From the NCBI GenBank assembly GCA_003281415.1, contig QCCC01000003.1, positions 21,182 to 85,181 on the forward strand: DNA of 64,000 nt, read 5' to 3'. This stretch comes from Prochlorococcus sp. AG-347-K15 (GTDB taxonomy: Bacteria; Cyanobacteriota; Cyanobacteriia; PCC-6307; Cyanobiaceae). The translations under genes and the position numbers were made by a program. Shown piece by piece: positions 9,240-21,255 of this stretch. The notes under the pieces are model-generated. The model saw only the letters and a program-made list of their open reading frames with translations. It made no database searches and was not told the origin of the DNA. The first letter of the stretch is position 1, and each line of letters begins with the position of its first letter.

Positions 9240-10280
9240 CTAGTAAGTGAGTTTTTTCCCATGTTCAAAAAATGTTTGAGCATTTTCTTCTGGAGTCCCA
9301 GGTAAAATCCCATGACCCAAATTAAGAATATATTTCCTGTCTTTAATTTTATTGAAAGTATTATCTATCCTTTCTTTTATTGATTCTTTGTTTCCGAATA
9401 AAATGCCAGGGTCAACATTACCTTGAATTCCAATCCCCCTGGGGATTCTTTTACAAGCCTCTTCAATATCTACCGTCCAGTCTAATGAAATTATATCTAC
9501 TCCAGTTTTTGCCATTCTTTCCAGTACCCCAGCACTTCCTGAAATGTAGAGAATTATTGGTGTTTCAGGGTATTCCGCTTTTACAATTTCAACAACTTTT
9601 TTTTGATACGGCCCAGCAAAGATATCATAATCTTGTGGGCTTAGTTGGCCTGCCCATGAATCAAAAATTTGTACTACTTGCGCTCCAGATTTTATTTGAT
9701 ATTTAAGATATTCACCAATAGATTTTGCAAAATGATCAAGTAGTTTATGAAGTAAATCTGGTTCATTAAAAGCCATTGATTTTATTAAGGAATAATTTTT
9801 ACTGCTTTTACCTTCAACTACATATGCAGCAAGAGTCCAAGGTGCGCCAACAAAACCTAAAACAGTTGCCTCATTATTTACATCTTTTTTTAGTGAAGAA
9901 AGAACTTCCCCAACAAAGCTTAAACTCTCGTTTGGATTTAATTCTCTTAAATTTTCTACTTGATTAAGAGTTCTTATTGGGTCCTCAATAATTGGACCTT
10001 TACTTTCTATTATTTCAAAATTTATGCCCATCCCTGGAAGAGGTGTGAGAATATCTGAAAAAAGGATCACACCATCCGGTTTGAAAGCATGAAAAGGCTG
10101 CATTGAAATCTCATATGATAGTTCTGGATTTTCAGACCTCTCTCTAAAGCTTGGGTAACGCTCCCTTAAATCTCTATAGATTTTCATATATCTTCCTGCT
10201 TGCCTCATCATCCATACTGGAGGCCTATTTACTTTTTTACCTAATGCGGCAGAAAGTAGTAGTGGTAAATCTTGACCCAT
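9240..10280 (-). CDS. hemE: Uroporphyrinogen decarboxylase
   Basis: [29 protein letters not shown]. Confidence 0.98.
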   Translation of the reverse strand: MGQDLPLLLSAALGKKVNRPPVWMMRQAGRYMKIYRDLRERYPSFRERSENPELSYEISMQPFHAFKPDGVILFSDILTPLPGMGINFEIIESKGPIIEDPIRTLNQVENLRELNPNESLSFVGEVLSSLKKDVNNEATVLGFVGAPWTLAAYVVEGKSSKNYSLIKSMAFNEPDLLHKLLDHFAKSIGEYLKYQIKSGAQVVQIFDSWAGQLSPQDYDIFAGPYQKKVVEIVKAEYPETPIILYISGSAGVLERMAKTGVDIISLDWTVDIEEACKRIPRGIGIQGNVDPGILFGNKESIKERIDNTFNKIKDRKYILNLGHGILPGTPEENAQTFFEHGKKLTY

Positions 10281-10401
10281 TTTTCAATTAAATATGTTTT
10301 TTAAAAAAAAATTAAAATCCAACTTAAAAATCTTACAATGTAAAGCAGAGCAAAAGCGTTATATGAACATTTATATGAAGCACTAAGTTAAATGAGCCTT
10401 C

Positions 10402-12666
10402 TTATTTTTTTGATTGATGTTTAAATATACTCACGCTTAATGGGGGCAAAGCAAGTTCTAGAGCATTTTGGTAATCATGAATATTGTAATTTATAGTTTC
10501 TTTACCCCCCATATTTCCTTTGTTACTGCCCCCGTATCTAGAGCCATCTGAATTAAATATTTCTTTATAGAATCCTTCCACAGGAACACCTACTTTGTAT
10601 GACCCATGAGTATTAGGTGTAAAGTTAGCAACAACAACAAGCCACTCATTGGTATCGTTTTCTCTTCTCATGAAACTTATAACCGAATTAGATTTATCAT
10701 TACAATCTATCCATTGGAATCCATAAGGATCAAAGTCATTTTTCCATAATGCAGGTTCATTTTTATAAAGAACGTTTAGGTCATCAATCAAGTTTCTGAT
10801 ACCTTTATGGGGCTCAAATTCTAGTAACTCCCATTGCAGATCATCCCAAACATTCCATTCTTGTCTTTGCCCAAATTCCATTCCCATAAATATTGTTTTT
10901 TTACCAGGGTGGGTCCACATATAAGTTAGTAATGCTCGAGTATTTGCATATTTCTTCCAGTCATCGCCAGGCATTTTATGCAAAAGATGACTTTTACCAT
11001 GGACAACCTCATCATGACTAAGTGCAAGCATAAAGTTCTCTGTATAGTTATATGTAATTGAGAAAGTCACACTATTTTGATGGAATTGCCTAAACCAAGG
11101 ATCTATTTCAAAATAATCAAGCATATCGTGCATCCATCCCATATTCCATTTCAAGTTAAACCCTAACCCTCCCATGTCAGTTGGTTTGGTTACCATTGGC
11201 CAAGTTGTTGATTCTTCAGCGATAGAAAGTGCACCTGGGAAGTGTTGAAAGAGTACATGATTAGCTTGTTGGAGAAATTTAACGGCTTCTATATTTTCAT
11301 TCCCACCATTTTCATTGGGTATCCATTCTCCATCAGGACGAAGATAATCTCTGTAAAGCATGGATGCTACAGCATCTACTCTTATGCCATCAATATGAAA
11401 CTCTTCAAACCAATAAACGAGATTTGCTACTAAGAAATTTCTTACTTCGTTTCTGCTGTAATTAAATATTAGAGTTCCCCATTCTTTGTGTTCACCTATT
11501 CGTGAATCTCCATGCTCATAAAGATGGCAGCCATCAAAAAATGCTAAACCATGCTTATCTTTTGGAAAATGACCGGGCACCCAATCAAGAATTACGCCTA
11601 TGCCCTCTTCATGACATTTATTTACAAACTCTCTAAATTCATTTGGGGTGCCAAATCTACTTGTTGGTGCATACCAGCCTGTAACTTGGTATCCCCATGA
11701 ACCATCGAAAGGATGTTCAGATATTGGCATTAGTTCAATATGAGTGAATCCTCTTTCTTTTACGTAAGGGATTAGTTTCTTGGTTAATTCTGGATAAGTT
11801 AATAATCTTGTTCCAGGTTTTAAATCGGCTGCAGGTACTGGGTCTCTTGGTTCACCATTTTCCTCCAGATATTTATTATCTGTTGATTCATGGAGCCAAC
11901 TCCCTAAATGCATTTCATAAACTGAAATTGGCTTGTTAATTTGACTAGAAGAATCCCTGTTTGAAATCCAAGAACTATCATTCCAATTAAAGTTTTTCAA
12001 CTTTGAAACTATTGAACCATTTTGAGGTCTGATTTCATGAAGGAAACCATATGGATCAGCTTTCTCATAAATATGACCTTGTTGTGTTCTTATTTCATAT
12101 TTATATGTGTCTCCCTCTTCCATTGTTGGCATGAATAGTTCCCAAATTCCCCCTAATCTTTTTTGCATTGGATGATGTCTTCCATCCCAAGAATTTATAT
12201 CTCCAATTATCGAGATTGATTTTGCATTTGGAGCCCAAATGCAGAACATCACTCCTTTTTGATTCTTTTCTTCAATGAGATGTGCTCCCATTTTTTCCCA
12301 GATATGATGATGATTACCTTCTGCAAAAAGATGCCTATCAACTTCTCCCATCCATTCTTCTCTATATGACCATGGGTCATGTTGTGTATGTGTGATCCCT
12401 CCTCGTAAGATATTTATTTTGTAATTAGACTTTGGATTTTCGGGCAGGATTGCTTCAAAAAGCCATTTATGATTTATGCTTTCCGCCTTATAGGAATTAT
12501 TTTTAAAATTTATTTTAACTTCCTCGGCTTCAGGCATCCATACCCTTATTACCCATTGCTCTTCATAAAAATGAGGACCTAATATTTTTAATGGATTATC
12601 ATTGCAACAATTTTCTAGGTTGATAGCTTCTGATTTAATCCAGTCTGCTTGAATTGTTTCGATCAT
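10402..12666 (-). CDS. glgB: 1,4-alpha-glucan branching enzyme (GH13)
   Basis: [43 protein letters not shown]. Confidence 0.98.
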   Translation of the reverse strand: MIETIQADWIKSEAINLENCCNDNPLKILGPHFYEEQWVIRVWMPEAEEVKINFKNNSYKAESINHKWLFEAILPENPKSNYKINILRGGITHTQHDPWSYREEWMGEVDRHLFAEGNHHHIWEKMGAHLIEEKNQKGVMFCIWAPNAKSISIIGDINSWDGRHHPMQKRLGGIWELFMPTMEEGDTYKYEIRTQQGHIYEKADPYGFLHEIRPQNGSIVSKLKNFNWNDSSWISNRDSSSQINKPISVYEMHLGSWLHESTDNKYLEENGEPRDPVPAADLKPGTRLLTYPELTKKLIPYVKERGFTHIELMPISEHPFDGSWGYQVTGWYAPTSRFGTPNEFREFVNKCHEEGIGVILDWVPGHFPKDKHGLAFFDGCHLYEHGDSRIGEHKEWGTLIFNYSRNEVRNFLVANLVYWFEEFHIDGIRVDAVASMLYRDYLRPDGEWIPNENGGNENIEAVKFLQQANHVLFQHFPGALSIAEESTTWPMVTKPTDMGGLGFNLKWNMGWMHDMLDYFEIDPWFRQFHQNSVTFSITYNYTENFMLALSHDEVVHGKSHLLHKMPGDDWKKYANTRALLTYMWTHPGKKTIFMGMEFGQRQEWNVWDDLQWELLEFEPHKGIRNLIDDLNVLYKNEPALWKNDFDPYGFQWIDCNDKSNSVISFMRRENDTNEWLVVVANFTPNTHGSYKVGVPVEGFYKEIFNSDGSRYGGSNKGNMGGKETINYNIHDYQNALELALPPLSVSIFKHQSKK

Positions 12667-12725
12667 GACTGGTAGATATTAAGGATTAATAATATCAAAT
12701 GATTAACCAAAAAAATAATTATTTA

Positions 12726-14300
12726 TTAAAAAAAAGGGGTCATTTTCATAAATGTTTTATTAAGGCTAAAACTTAGGGTAATAATTCTATGATTTGCTGA
12801 AGGTGCACCAATATTTCCCTCCCCAAATCCAGGATTAACACCAATAGCGGGATAAGCTGATGCAGATATAGATAAGCGAAGCTTGCTACTTTTAATCAAA
12901 CAAATATTTGTTGGCTGCATTTTTATTCGATAAATGCATTCTTCACTTATTTTTGAGTTTTTAACTCTTAAGAATCCAGTTGAAAATTGATTCACCTTAT
13001 CATCACTTTCTTCAACTAGAGATAATGCAAGGCAGATATCGAAATTGGGCTGATCACTTTTTACTAGGATTTCTAATATAGGAACTCCTGTTAAATATTG
13101 ATCTTCTTCAAAACAATTGGTTTGAAAAACACCTACATCCAGGCGTTTATCAATAATATTTCTATTAAACATTCCTGGATTTGGGCCTAAATGACCACCG
13201 TCAGATGGAGTAGGTCTCCATGGGTCATTAACAATTGTGAACCATCCTGATCCTTTTGAATTTATGGTCAGACTTCCATCTTCAAAATCTGTATTTGCTG
13301 TGCCATCACTTTTGAGCCCAAAAATAAATTCAGGATGAAATTTATTATCTAATTCATCCCATTTATTTAATGAAATATTCCATATTTTTTTCTCGCCTTT
13401 TGAATTTTTAGAATTAAAATTTTTATCTGACTTTAAGTGTTTATCAAAAAATTTTAATAAAGATTTTTGTGATCCCTCCCACCAATTTAGATGTGTGGCA
13501 TTCCCAATAATCATCTCTGGACTACCACCAGCTTCTTTAGATTTTTTATAAAGATCAAAGGCACCTTTTAAATGTGGATCCCAAAGCCCTCCAATAATTA
13601 ACATAGGTTGTTTAATCCATTTTGAAATTGGCTTAAATTCTTCAAAGGGGAGAGCATTATTTAAATTTTTAAGCCATTCCAAAACAAAGCTATTAGGATC
13701 ATATTTTTTTAAAATATCAATTCCTTCCGTTAAATAACTTTTATTGTCTAACGCCAATCTTATTTTTTTCCACTCAAAGAAATTATTATCTCTTTTCATT
13801 TTTAGTGCTGCGATTTGAAGTCCCCATGCAATATTGTTATGCCACCAAAATGCTCCTCCATCTGAGCACCAATGATCCTTAATATTCATCCCAGTCATTG
13901 CTGGAGATAAACAATCGGGCGGCTTTGAATTAAATTCACCAGTTAGTTGGGTAAATCCTTGATATGAAAAACCATATAACCCTAGTTTCCCATTACATTC
14001 TTTTAGAGACCTTACCCATTCATGTGTTTCTGAAGTATCGCTAGCTTCTTGAGAAAAACCATTAAAAAGTCCTTCAGAAGAACCCATGCCTCTAACATCT
14101 TGAATTATTACCAAATACCCTTTGGAAGCCCACCATTCAGGATGAGAATAGGTAATAGTCGAAGCTATTTCCCTGCCATAAGGTTGCCTCATTAATAATG
14201 CTGGCCATGGCCCATTACTATTAGGTAACCAAATCCTTGATATAAGTTTTACTCCATCTTTAAGTTCTAGAGACTTGTCAAACCATCTTGAATCAGACAT
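12726..14300 (-). CDS. CocE/NonD-family (S15) acyl hydrolase
   Basis: R.PYG, QDVRG.G.SEG, nucleophile GFSYQG, GGLWD. Confidence 0.9.
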   Translation of the reverse strand: MSDSRWFDKSLELKDGVKLISRIWLPNSNGPWPALLMRQPYGREIASTITYSHPEWWASKGYLVIIQDVRGMGSSEGLFNGFSQEASDTSETHEWVRSLKECNGKLGLYGFSYQGFTQLTGEFNSKPPDCLSPAMTGMNIKDHWCSDGGAFWWHNNIAWGLQIAALKMKRDNNFFEWKKIRLALDNKSYLTEGIDILKKYDPNSFVLEWLKNLNNALPFEEFKPISKWIKQPMLIIGGLWDPHLKGAFDLYKKSKEAGGSPEMIIGNATHLNWWEGSQKSLLKFFDKHLKSDKNFNSKNSKGEKKIWNISLNKWDELDNKFHPEFIFGLKSDGTANTDFEDGSLTINSKGSGWFTIVNDPWRPTPSDGGHLGPNPGMFNRNIIDKRLDVGVFQTNCFEEDQYLTGVPILEILVKSDQPNFDICLALSLVEESDDKVNQFSTGFLRVKNSKISEECIYRIKMQPTNICLIKSSKLRLSISASAYPAIGVNPGFGEGNIGAPSANHRIITLSFSLNKTFMKMTPFF

Positions 14301-14307
14301 TTAGGAT

Positions 14308-14574
14308 TTAGATAATGTCTGGACAGTGCAGCCCAATGACGTAAATAGAAAAGATCTCTGCGTTAACGGGAGTCAACTTTTTTTTGTTGGATACATAATC
14401 AATAGCTTTATTTGAACTAGCTGAAATACCTTTTGAATTAAACTCTCTAAACTTATTACATAAATTCTTAGCTTCGTTTGGATTCTTTTTTACACTTTCT
14501 AATAAATTAGATTGACTTAAAACAGGGTATAAAGAATTGGAAAACAAAAATATCAAAAATAAAAGAGGTTTCAT
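14308..14574 (-). CDS. Small exported hypothetical protein with two cysteines
   Basis: Signal-like N-terminus; Cys in NLCNK and LHCP. Confidence 0.65.
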   Translation of the reverse strand: MKPLLFLIFLFSNSLYPVLSQSNLLESVKKNPNEAKNLCNKFREFNSKGISASSNKAIDYVSNKKKLTPVNAEIFSIYVIGLHCPDII

Positions 14575-14637
14575 TATTACTAAATTTTTTTAAATTCTAC
14601 ATTAAAAAAATTTTTTAACCAAGATTTTAAATAGATA

Positions 14638-15033
14638 CTATATTAGTCTAGCTTTTCTAATCCATTCTTTTAAAAGAGTAAAAGTTGTATCTGTCTCAGT
14701 TTTTACACCAAGAATTCTTTCTAATCTACCAATTTTGCGTTCTAATTCGTAAGGAGTAGATAGTGATAATGATTTAATAGATGATATGCCGCAATATAAA
14801 AGTAGATATGCTTGTGGTGGAGATATTCCAATTTCTTTTTTAAAAATAGCTATTGCTCTAATTTTCTTTAGATTATTCAACGAACATAGTGAAGATTTTC
14901 TTTGAATCTCATTTATATCTTGGTCAGAAAGATTACTTAATTTTTCAAAGTCAGTAAGATTTTTTTGAATAAAAAAAGATTTTTCATGTCTAAAGTTAGT
15001 TGGTAAAAAATCTAAAAAGTTTTTGCTTTCCAT
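14638..15033 (-). CDS. DUF4332-like protein (helix-hairpin-helix-like)
   Basis: GISPPQAYLLLYCGISS..L....P.EL pattern and a terminal WI..A. Confidence 0.65.
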   Translation of the reverse strand: MESKNFLDFLPTNFRHEKSFFIQKNLTDFEKLSNLSDQDINEIQRKSSLCSLNNLKKIRAIAIFKKEIGISPPQAYLLLYCGISSIKSLSLSTPYELERKIGRLERILGVKTETDTTFTLLKEWIRKARLI

Positions 15034-15044
15034 TGTTTAAAATA

Positions 15045-15488
15045 CTAATTCATTTTGACATTTTTCTGAATTTCACCTATAACAACTGGTTTACTTACAC
15101 CATCTGAAATTTTTTCAAGTTTCCTTATCTTAATTTTTACATTCGCACCAGATCTGCTACCTTTCCTTAAGTTTTCCGATAATTGTTCTAAAGTTGGTTC
15201 AATAGACTCTTCTGTGAAGTCATCATCAGCTTTAGCAATAATCAAATCGAACCCATTGTCATATACAATTGGGACATATTTTGCATTCTCTATTATTACT
15301 TTTTCGGTATAACTTTGTATAAATGCCCAACTGCTTAAAGAAAGTAATAAAGAGAAAATGGTTGCTCCTATTATTCGAAATTTAAAGTTAAAATTAAATA
15401 TAAAGGCAATTGCAGTAAGGCCTAAAAGGAATATTCCAAGAATTCCAAAGATTTTGGGTGTGTTCTCTAATAGTTCAAAAAAAGACAT
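15045..15488 (-). CDS. ycf51: Ycf51/DUF2518-family protein
   Basis: Two TM helices around FRIIG.T.F, then VYDNG, LEQ...NLR..GR.G and GVSKP..IG. Confidence 0.75.
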   Translation of the reverse strand: MSFFELLENTPKIFGILGIFLLGLTAIAFIFNFNFKFRIIGATIFSLLLSLSSWAFIQSYTEKVIIENAKYVPIVYDNGFDLIIAKADDDFTEESIEPTLEQLSENLRKGSRSGANVKIKIRKLEKISDGVSKPVVIGEIQKNVKMN

Positions 15489-15540
15489 TTAGTGGCTTTG
15501 ATCTAATTAATTTCTTATATTTTGTAAGCCTACTCTATTT

Positions 15541-18500
15541 TTGGGTTCTAACTTGAAAAAAATTAGATCTCTAAATTTAAATACAAAATTTCTATTCTTG
15601 GGGATGATTTTATCCTTAGGACTTATAGGCACCTTTTTATTAAATAATTTTTTGAGAAATACTTATAATTCTAGGAAATCAGAAATTGAAGATAGTATTG
15701 AGAATTTTATAAATAAGGAGGTTTCTTTAGGAGATTATTCTGGCATTAGATTTCTAGGATTCTCTTTGGGTAATTCGAAAATTGTCGATAAAAAAAATAT
15801 GGATTCTGGAATACAAACTAGAAATGTATATATAGGCATTATGCCTTTAAGATCTTTTTTTAAACAAAAATGGGTAGTAAAAATAACTCCTAAGAAAGCT
15901 GCCATAAACATAGATAGAAATTTTTTTAAGAGGGACGAACCTTATAAAAATGTTCGCAGTATTAAAAAATCAAAATCAAAGTATGAATTGAACTTTAATT
16001 TAAACAAATATTCAATCCTGAAGTTTAATAAAGCAGGATTAGAAACAAAAGTAAAAGGTAATGTTATCTACAAGTCAAGTAATAGACAAATCATTGCAAA
16101 TGTAAAATCTAATTTTGATGAAAAAGGTTTTTTAAAATTTAAATTTAATACAAAGTTAAATCAAGATTTTATAAAACTACATTTATTTTCTAAGGGTTTA
16201 GATCTTGAGAATTCTGAATATATAATTGGGGATAGTAAAATAAGTTTAAAAAAAGGAAATTTTAAATCTAACTTTAAATTTAATAAATTGCCAACTAAAA
16301 CATTTTGTAGAGGAAGTTTTTCTTTTTCTAATTTAAAAATAAAATCGAAAGCTTTCTCAGAGAATATAAATTCAGATTCAAATAGTTTTTTTTGTAAAGA
16401 TAATAATTTAATTGGTAATTCAGAAAACTTGAATTATGGAACTTTGAATTCAAATTTCAATCTAAATGTACCACTTAATAAAAGTTCTAATAATATTGAT
16501 TTAAAAGGAAGTATTGGATATATTAATAGCCTGAATCCAGATATCAAATTATCGGGTAAGATTCCATATTGGTTTGATAGAAGAGGTATTAATTTTGGTG
16601 ATATAGATACTAGTTTTAAAATAAATAGAACTCAGTTATCTAATTTAAATATTTTCCGAAAAAATGATATAAGGGGTTTCATCACTGCTAAGGGCAAATT
16701 AAAAGGAAAAATTACTGATCCTGATATTTCTATCAACTTTAATGTTGATTATCCACACTATAAAGGCATTCGGATTAGAGAAATATGGGAAGGAGATATT
16801 AAGAATAAAAATAATCAATTCCTTTTAAATATGAAAAATAGATACTCTCCAATTCCTTCATTTCTCTCTATAAGATTTGATTCTAAGCTTAAATTAGATA
16901 ATGTATCTTTCAGTAGAATTTTTAATTCTAATAAAGGGACTATAGGACTTGTTAAAAAGAATAATAGTTATATTTGGAGAGCTGATAATTTCCCTCTTGA
17001 TGAACTTGAATTATCTATAAGCAACAATCAATTTGATAGAATTAATGGAATTATTAATGGTTCGGGATCAATATCTTCAGACCAGTCCATTATTGAAGGC
17101 AGACTAGCTTGGAGTCTAGGCAAATATAGAAATATAGAGTTAGATAATTCTCTATTTGATTTTAGCTTTAAAGAGAACTCTTTTAATTTCAACTCATCTT
17201 TGTATCCAATTGATGGGGGCGTAATTGAGGCAAAATATAATTCAAATAAAAATAACTTAGTTAATTTAGACTTTTCTAATATTAGTAGTAGTTGGACAAT
17301 ACTTACCTCCATTGATATTTTTAATTTTGATAATAAAAAAGTTATTCCCACAAGAAAATCTAGTATCTTGGAAAGTCTGGAAATAGATAAAAATAATAAT
17401 TCCTTTAAAGAGAGGATCGATTTTATAAATAACTTTGTAGAAAATAGTAATTCACTTGAGGACAAATTTAATTTGAAAAAATATTTAAGTAAATTTAGAA
17501 GTAGATATGATGGAAAAATTACCATTCAGGGTGATAGCCCACTCAACTATAAATTAAATGCGAAATTAAATGGATATCTTGATGTCTCTAGAGATGATTA
17601 TAAAAATAAAAAAGAGGAATTTTCTATTGATTTAGAGGGAGGATTATTAAGAGGTAAAGGTAATTTGAGAATTAAAAAAATACCATTAAGTAGTGCAAAT
17701 ATTTTTTTAACTCAACCAAGAGATTTTATAGGCGGGTTGGATATTAATTTATTTTATGATCTTGATAGAAAATCTTTCTCTAGTGAAATTTTTTCTAATA
17801 ATTCATCAATAAAAAATAAAAAAATATTATTTGATAAAGGAATAATTGAATTTAAAAATTCTGTTTTTGAGATTGATTTTTCGTTGTTAACAAATGACTC
17901 TGAAATTCCAATTAATATTGTAGGCTCAATACCTATAAATAAATCAGATAACTTAGATCTAAGATTGATTGGGAATGGAAAATTTATTGAGTTAATAGAT
18001 ATTTTTACCGATGAATACTTTACTTTTAAAGAAGGTGAAGTGAATCTTCGGATGATAATAAAAGGTAGTTTAAATAAACCAATATTGAACGGTTTTATAG
18101 TAATTAAAGATTCAGAAATTGATTTTTACAATAATATAATTGAGGATATTAATAGCTTGATAATTTTTGATTTTGATTCTTTAGAGATTAAGCATCTAAG
18201 GGCAAAAGTGGAAGATTCGGGAGATATATTTATAAAAGGCTCTTTGCCTTTTTATGGGCAGAATGTCTCTGGTAAATCAGAGATTAATATGATAATGAAT
18301 AAATTTACTTTAAATACAGACAATTCTAATTTTCTAATAGATTCAGATATAGATTTAAGCGGATCATTTGAAAATCCTGTTTTGGGAGGTAATTTATCTC
18401 TTAATAATGGATTTATTAACTTTAATGATAATAATAAAAATAATAAATTAGATAAAAATATTAAACGAAAGGAAGATAAAAAGGATTGGCCAGAACTCTA

Positions 18501-19500
18501 TTGGAATAATAATCAGAGTATTGAAATAATTTCAAATGAAACAATTTTAAATTCAGTTCTTTTAGGAGAAACATTGCCTAATTATTTGGATAATTTGAGT
18601 TTTAATAACCTTAAATTAAAACTTGGTCCAGATTTTAAACTTCAATATTCAGATATAGTTCAAGCTTATTTAGATACGAAATTAGACCTAAATATAAATG
18701 GAAAGGTAGGAGAAGATTTAAATGCTAGAGGTCTAATTTATCTTAAAAAAGGTAGAGCAAATTTATATACTACTCCATTTAAACTCGATAAAAATAAAGA
18801 CAATTATATTTTATTCGCATCAAGAAGTGGTGTTGTTCCATTTATTAATTTTTCTCTTGTTAGTAAAGTGCCAGACTCAATAATACCTATAAGAGAAAAT
18901 AACCAGGATTCAAATATATCAAGTGATCTTGATGTTAATGACACTTCGAGTGGTTTTGGATCATTTGGCATTGGCAATTCAAGGCTGATTAAAATTGAGG
19001 CATCTTATGAAGGATTTTTAGATCAATTATCTTTTGAAGATGAAAATAGAAGAATCCAATTAAGGAGCACGCCAAGTTATAGCAGATCACAAATAATTGG
19101 TTTAATTGGAGGTAACTCTGCAAATTTAATAAATAGAGCATTTATTTCTCAGCTTAATAATGCTGACGCTTTTAGTGAAAGATTTCAGTTTTCTTTATAT
19201 CCAGCATTAATAGAAAATAATGATTCTTTAAATAATATTTTTTCCAATGAAAATTTAGATATAGAAAATGATGGGCAATCATCTTCTAATGAAGAATTTT
19301 CTTCCCAAGCTTGGGTAGCTGAAATAGGACTTGATATTACTGATACTATAAATTTTGCCTTTCAAAGCGTTCCCGGTAGAGATGACCTCTCACCCATAGG
19401 AATTTTGACTTTTCAGGCCAATCCAAACTTAGAATTATTAGGTTCTTATGATTCCAATGGGGAGTGGAAAAGTCAAGTTCAATTATTTTTTAGATATTAA
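15541..19500 (+). CDS. TamB/AsmA-like protein (DUF490; translocation and assembly module, lipid-bridge family)
   Basis: 1319 aa; N-terminal TM anchor, long Gly-rich beta repeats, and a C-terminal L.STP..S...I..L.GG ... FRY end. Confidence 0.8.
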   Translation: MGSNLKKIRSLNLNTKFLFLGMILSLGLIGTFLLNNFLRNTYNSRKSEIEDSIENFINKEVSLGDYSGIRFLGFSLGNSKIVDKKNMDSGIQTRNVYIGIMPLRSFFKQKWVVKITPKKAAINIDRNFFKRDEPYKNVRSIKKSKSKYELNFNLNKYSILKFNKAGLETKVKGNVIYKSSNRQIIANVKSNFDEKGFLKFKFNTKLNQDFIKLHLFSKGLDLENSEYIIGDSKISLKKGNFKSNFKFNKLPTKTFCRGSFSFSNLKIKSKAFSENINSDSNSFFCKDNNLIGNSENLNYGTLNSNFNLNVPLNKSSNNIDLKGSIGYINSLNPDIKLSGKIPYWFDRRGINFGDIDTSFKINRTQLSNLNIFRKNDIRGFITAKGKLKGKITDPDISINFNVDYPHYKGIRIREIWEGDIKNKNNQFLLNMKNRYSPIPSFLSIRFDSKLKLDNVSFSRIFNSNKGTIGLVKKNNSYIWRADNFPLDELELSISNNQFDRINGIINGSGSISSDQSIIEGRLAWSLGKYRNIELDNSLFDFSFKENSFNFNSSLYPIDGGVIEAKYNSNKNNLVNLDFSNISSSWTILTSIDIFNFDNKKVIPTRKSSILESLEIDKNNNSFKERIDFINNFVENSNSLEDKFNLKKYLSKFRSRYDGKITIQGDSPLNYKLNAKLNGYLDVSRDDYKNKKEEFSIDLEGGLLRGKGNLRIKKIPLSSANIFLTQPRDFIGGLDINLFYDLDRKSFSSEIFSNNSSIKNKKILFDKGIIEFKNSVFEIDFSLLTNDSEIPINIVGSIPINKSDNLDLRLIGNGKFIELIDIFTDEYFTFKEGEVNLRMIIKGSLNKPILNGFIVIKDSEIDFYNNIIEDINSLIIFDFDSLEIKHLRAKVEDSGDIFIKGSLPFYGQNVSGKSEINMIMNKFTLNTDNSNFLIDSDIDLSGSFENPVLGGNLSLNNGFINFNDNNKNNKLDKNIKRKEDKKDWPELYWNNNQSIEIISNETILNSVLLGETLPNYLDNLSFNNLKLKLGPDFKLQYSDIVQAYLDTKLDLNINGKVGEDLNARGLIYLKKGRANLYTTPFKLDKNKDNYILFASRSGVVPFINFSLVSKVPDSIIPIRENNQDSNISSDLDVNDTSSGFGSFGIGNSRLIKIEASYEGFLDQLSFEDENRRIQLRSTPSYSRSQIIGLIGGNSANLINRAFISQLNNADAFSERFQFSLYPALIENNDSLNNIFSNENLDIENDGQSSSNEEFSSQAWVAEIGLDITDTINFAFQSVPGRDDLSPIGILTFQANPNLELLGSYDSNGEWKSQVQLFFRY

Positions 19501-19566
19501 GTCAGAAATAAAGTTAGTTTAAAGTAGCGTTAATTTGAATTATTATTAAATTAATTAAAAAATATC

Positions 19567-20877
19567 ATGGCTAATATCTTTGAAGTTCGTCAACCAGGTA
19601 ATGATCTTTTAGAAAAAGCTGATCAAGTTCGTTTGGCATCAATAAAAATAAGCCAGACTGAAAATCAAAATAGAATTAAAGCCTTAAATTTCATGGCTGA
19701 CTATCTTCAAAAAAATACTAAAAAAATTTTAGAGGCTAATACTGAGGACTATAAAAAGGCAAAAAAGAAAGGTATTTCAAAAGCTTTACTTTCTAGATTA
19801 AAGTTATCAAAAGAAAAATTAAATTCAGGAATTGATGGTGTAAGAAAAGTTGGAGACTTGGCTGACCCTATAAATCAAGTTCAAATAAAAAGAGAGCTTT
19901 CCAAAGGACTGATCCTAGAGAGAAAAACTGTGCCTATAGGAGTTATTGGTGTTATTTTCGAATCAAGACCTGATGCTGTTATGCAGATTAGTTCTTTAGC
20001 AATAAGATCAGGAAATGGAGTAATGCTAAAGGGCGGTAGTGAAGCTAATTTAACAAACACTGCAATAGTCAATGCCTTACAACAGGGGTTATATGAATCA
20101 GGCCTTGATAAAAATGCAATATGTTTACTTACAAGTAGAAAAGATAGTATGTCGATGTTGAATCTCGAGAACTATATAAATTTAATAATTCCAAGAGGTA
20201 GTAATGAATTAGTTAAATTTATTCAAGAGAATACAAGAATTCCTGTGCTTGGTCATGCTGATGGAATTTGTCACTTGTTTATAGATAATGAGGCAAATCT
20301 TGAGATGGCTTTATCAGTAGCTCTAGACAGCAAAATTCAGTATCCTGCAGCATGTAATGCTATTGAAACTTTATTAGTGCATAAAGATATTGCACCGGTT
20401 TTTCTTGAGAAGGCGTTACCGTTATTTAATTTTAATGATGTTAAATTAATAGGAGATAAAAGATCTGTTGAATTGGGGTTAAAGTATAAAGCCACTTTAG
20501 AAGATTGGAAAACTGAATATTTGGATTTAATCTTATCTATAAAAATTGTTGACGATCTTGATGAGGCAATCACTCATATTCAAAAATTCAGTTCAAAACA
20601 CACAGATGGAATAATTACTGAAAATTTAAGTACTGCCAATAAATTTATGAATATAGTTGATAGTGCAGGTGTTTTTCATAATTGCTCTACAAGGTTTGCC
20701 GATGGGTTTAGATATGGATTCGGAGCTGAAGTTGGCATATCTACTCAAACTCTGCCACCAAGAGGACCTGTAGGTTTAGAAGGTTTGGTAACTTATAAAT
20801 ATTTCCTAAAAGGCGATGGGAATATAGTTGATGATTTCTCATCCGGTAAGGCTACCTATACACATAAAGATTTTTAA
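19567..20877 (+). CDS. proA: Gamma-glutamyl phosphate reductase
   Basis: VPIGVIGVIFESRP, ACNAIETLLVH, STRFADGFRYGFGAEVGIST..PRGPVGLEGL. Confidence 0.98.
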   Translation: MANIFEVRQPGNDLLEKADQVRLASIKISQTENQNRIKALNFMADYLQKNTKKILEANTEDYKKAKKKGISKALLSRLKLSKEKLNSGIDGVRKVGDLADPINQVQIKRELSKGLILERKTVPIGVIGVIFESRPDAVMQISSLAIRSGNGVMLKGGSEANLTNTAIVNALQQGLYESGLDKNAICLLTSRKDSMSMLNLENYINLIIPRGSNELVKFIQENTRIPVLGHADGICHLFIDNEANLEMALSVALDSKIQYPAACNAIETLLVHKDIAPVFLEKALPLFNFNDVKLIGDKRSVELGLKYKATLEDWKTEYLDLILSIKIVDDLDEAITHIQKFSSKHTDGIITENLSTANKFMNIVDSAGVFHNCSTRFADGFRYGFGAEVGISTQTLPPRGPVGLEGLVTYKYFLKGDGNIVDDFSSGKATYTHKDF

Positions 20878-20887
20878 AACTTTCAAG

Positions 20888-21250
20888 ATGGAAACTTTTT
20901 TAAAAATTGAGAATATTAAACTTTGGGCTAGGGTTGGTGTTCTTGATGAAGAAAGAAAATTAGGACAATTATTTAGTTTGGATATATTTTTGTGGACTGA
21001 TTTTGAAAAGTGTACCGACAATGATGATATAAAAAAAACAGTTGACTATTCAAAATTAGTTCATGTTTTAAAAGATCAATCAAAGAAAATATATTGTTTC
21101 ACAATTGAAAAATATTCATACGCAATTTTAGAAATTATTAATAGTGAATTTAAGCTTTCTAAAATTAAAATTATCTTGACAAAATGCAATCCTCCAATTT
21201 CAGGCTTTGATGGGAAGGTTTCAATAGTAAGAATTCTTGAAAATAATTAA
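20888..21250 (+). CDS. folB: Dihydroneopterin aldolase
   Basis: GVL.EER..GQ.F, DDI..TVDY, TIE, K..PPI. The in-frame ATG at 20888 is preferred. Confidence 0.9.
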   Translation: METFLKIENIKLWARVGVLDEERKLGQLFSLDIFLWTDFEKCTDNDDIKKTVDYSKLVHVLKDQSKKIYCFTIEKYSYAILEIINSEFKLSKIKIILTKCNPPISGFDGKVSIVRILENN

Positions 21251-21255
21251 AAGTA

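Noticed and set aside
5759-11433. Several short plus-strand ORFs inside clpB, petE, hemE and glgB
   Set aside because: Antisense shadows of conserved genes.
17028-17525. 165-aa antisense ORF in the TamB-like gene
   Set aside because: Leu/Ser/Phe-rich mirror translation of Asn/Lys/Glu codons; no independent evidence.
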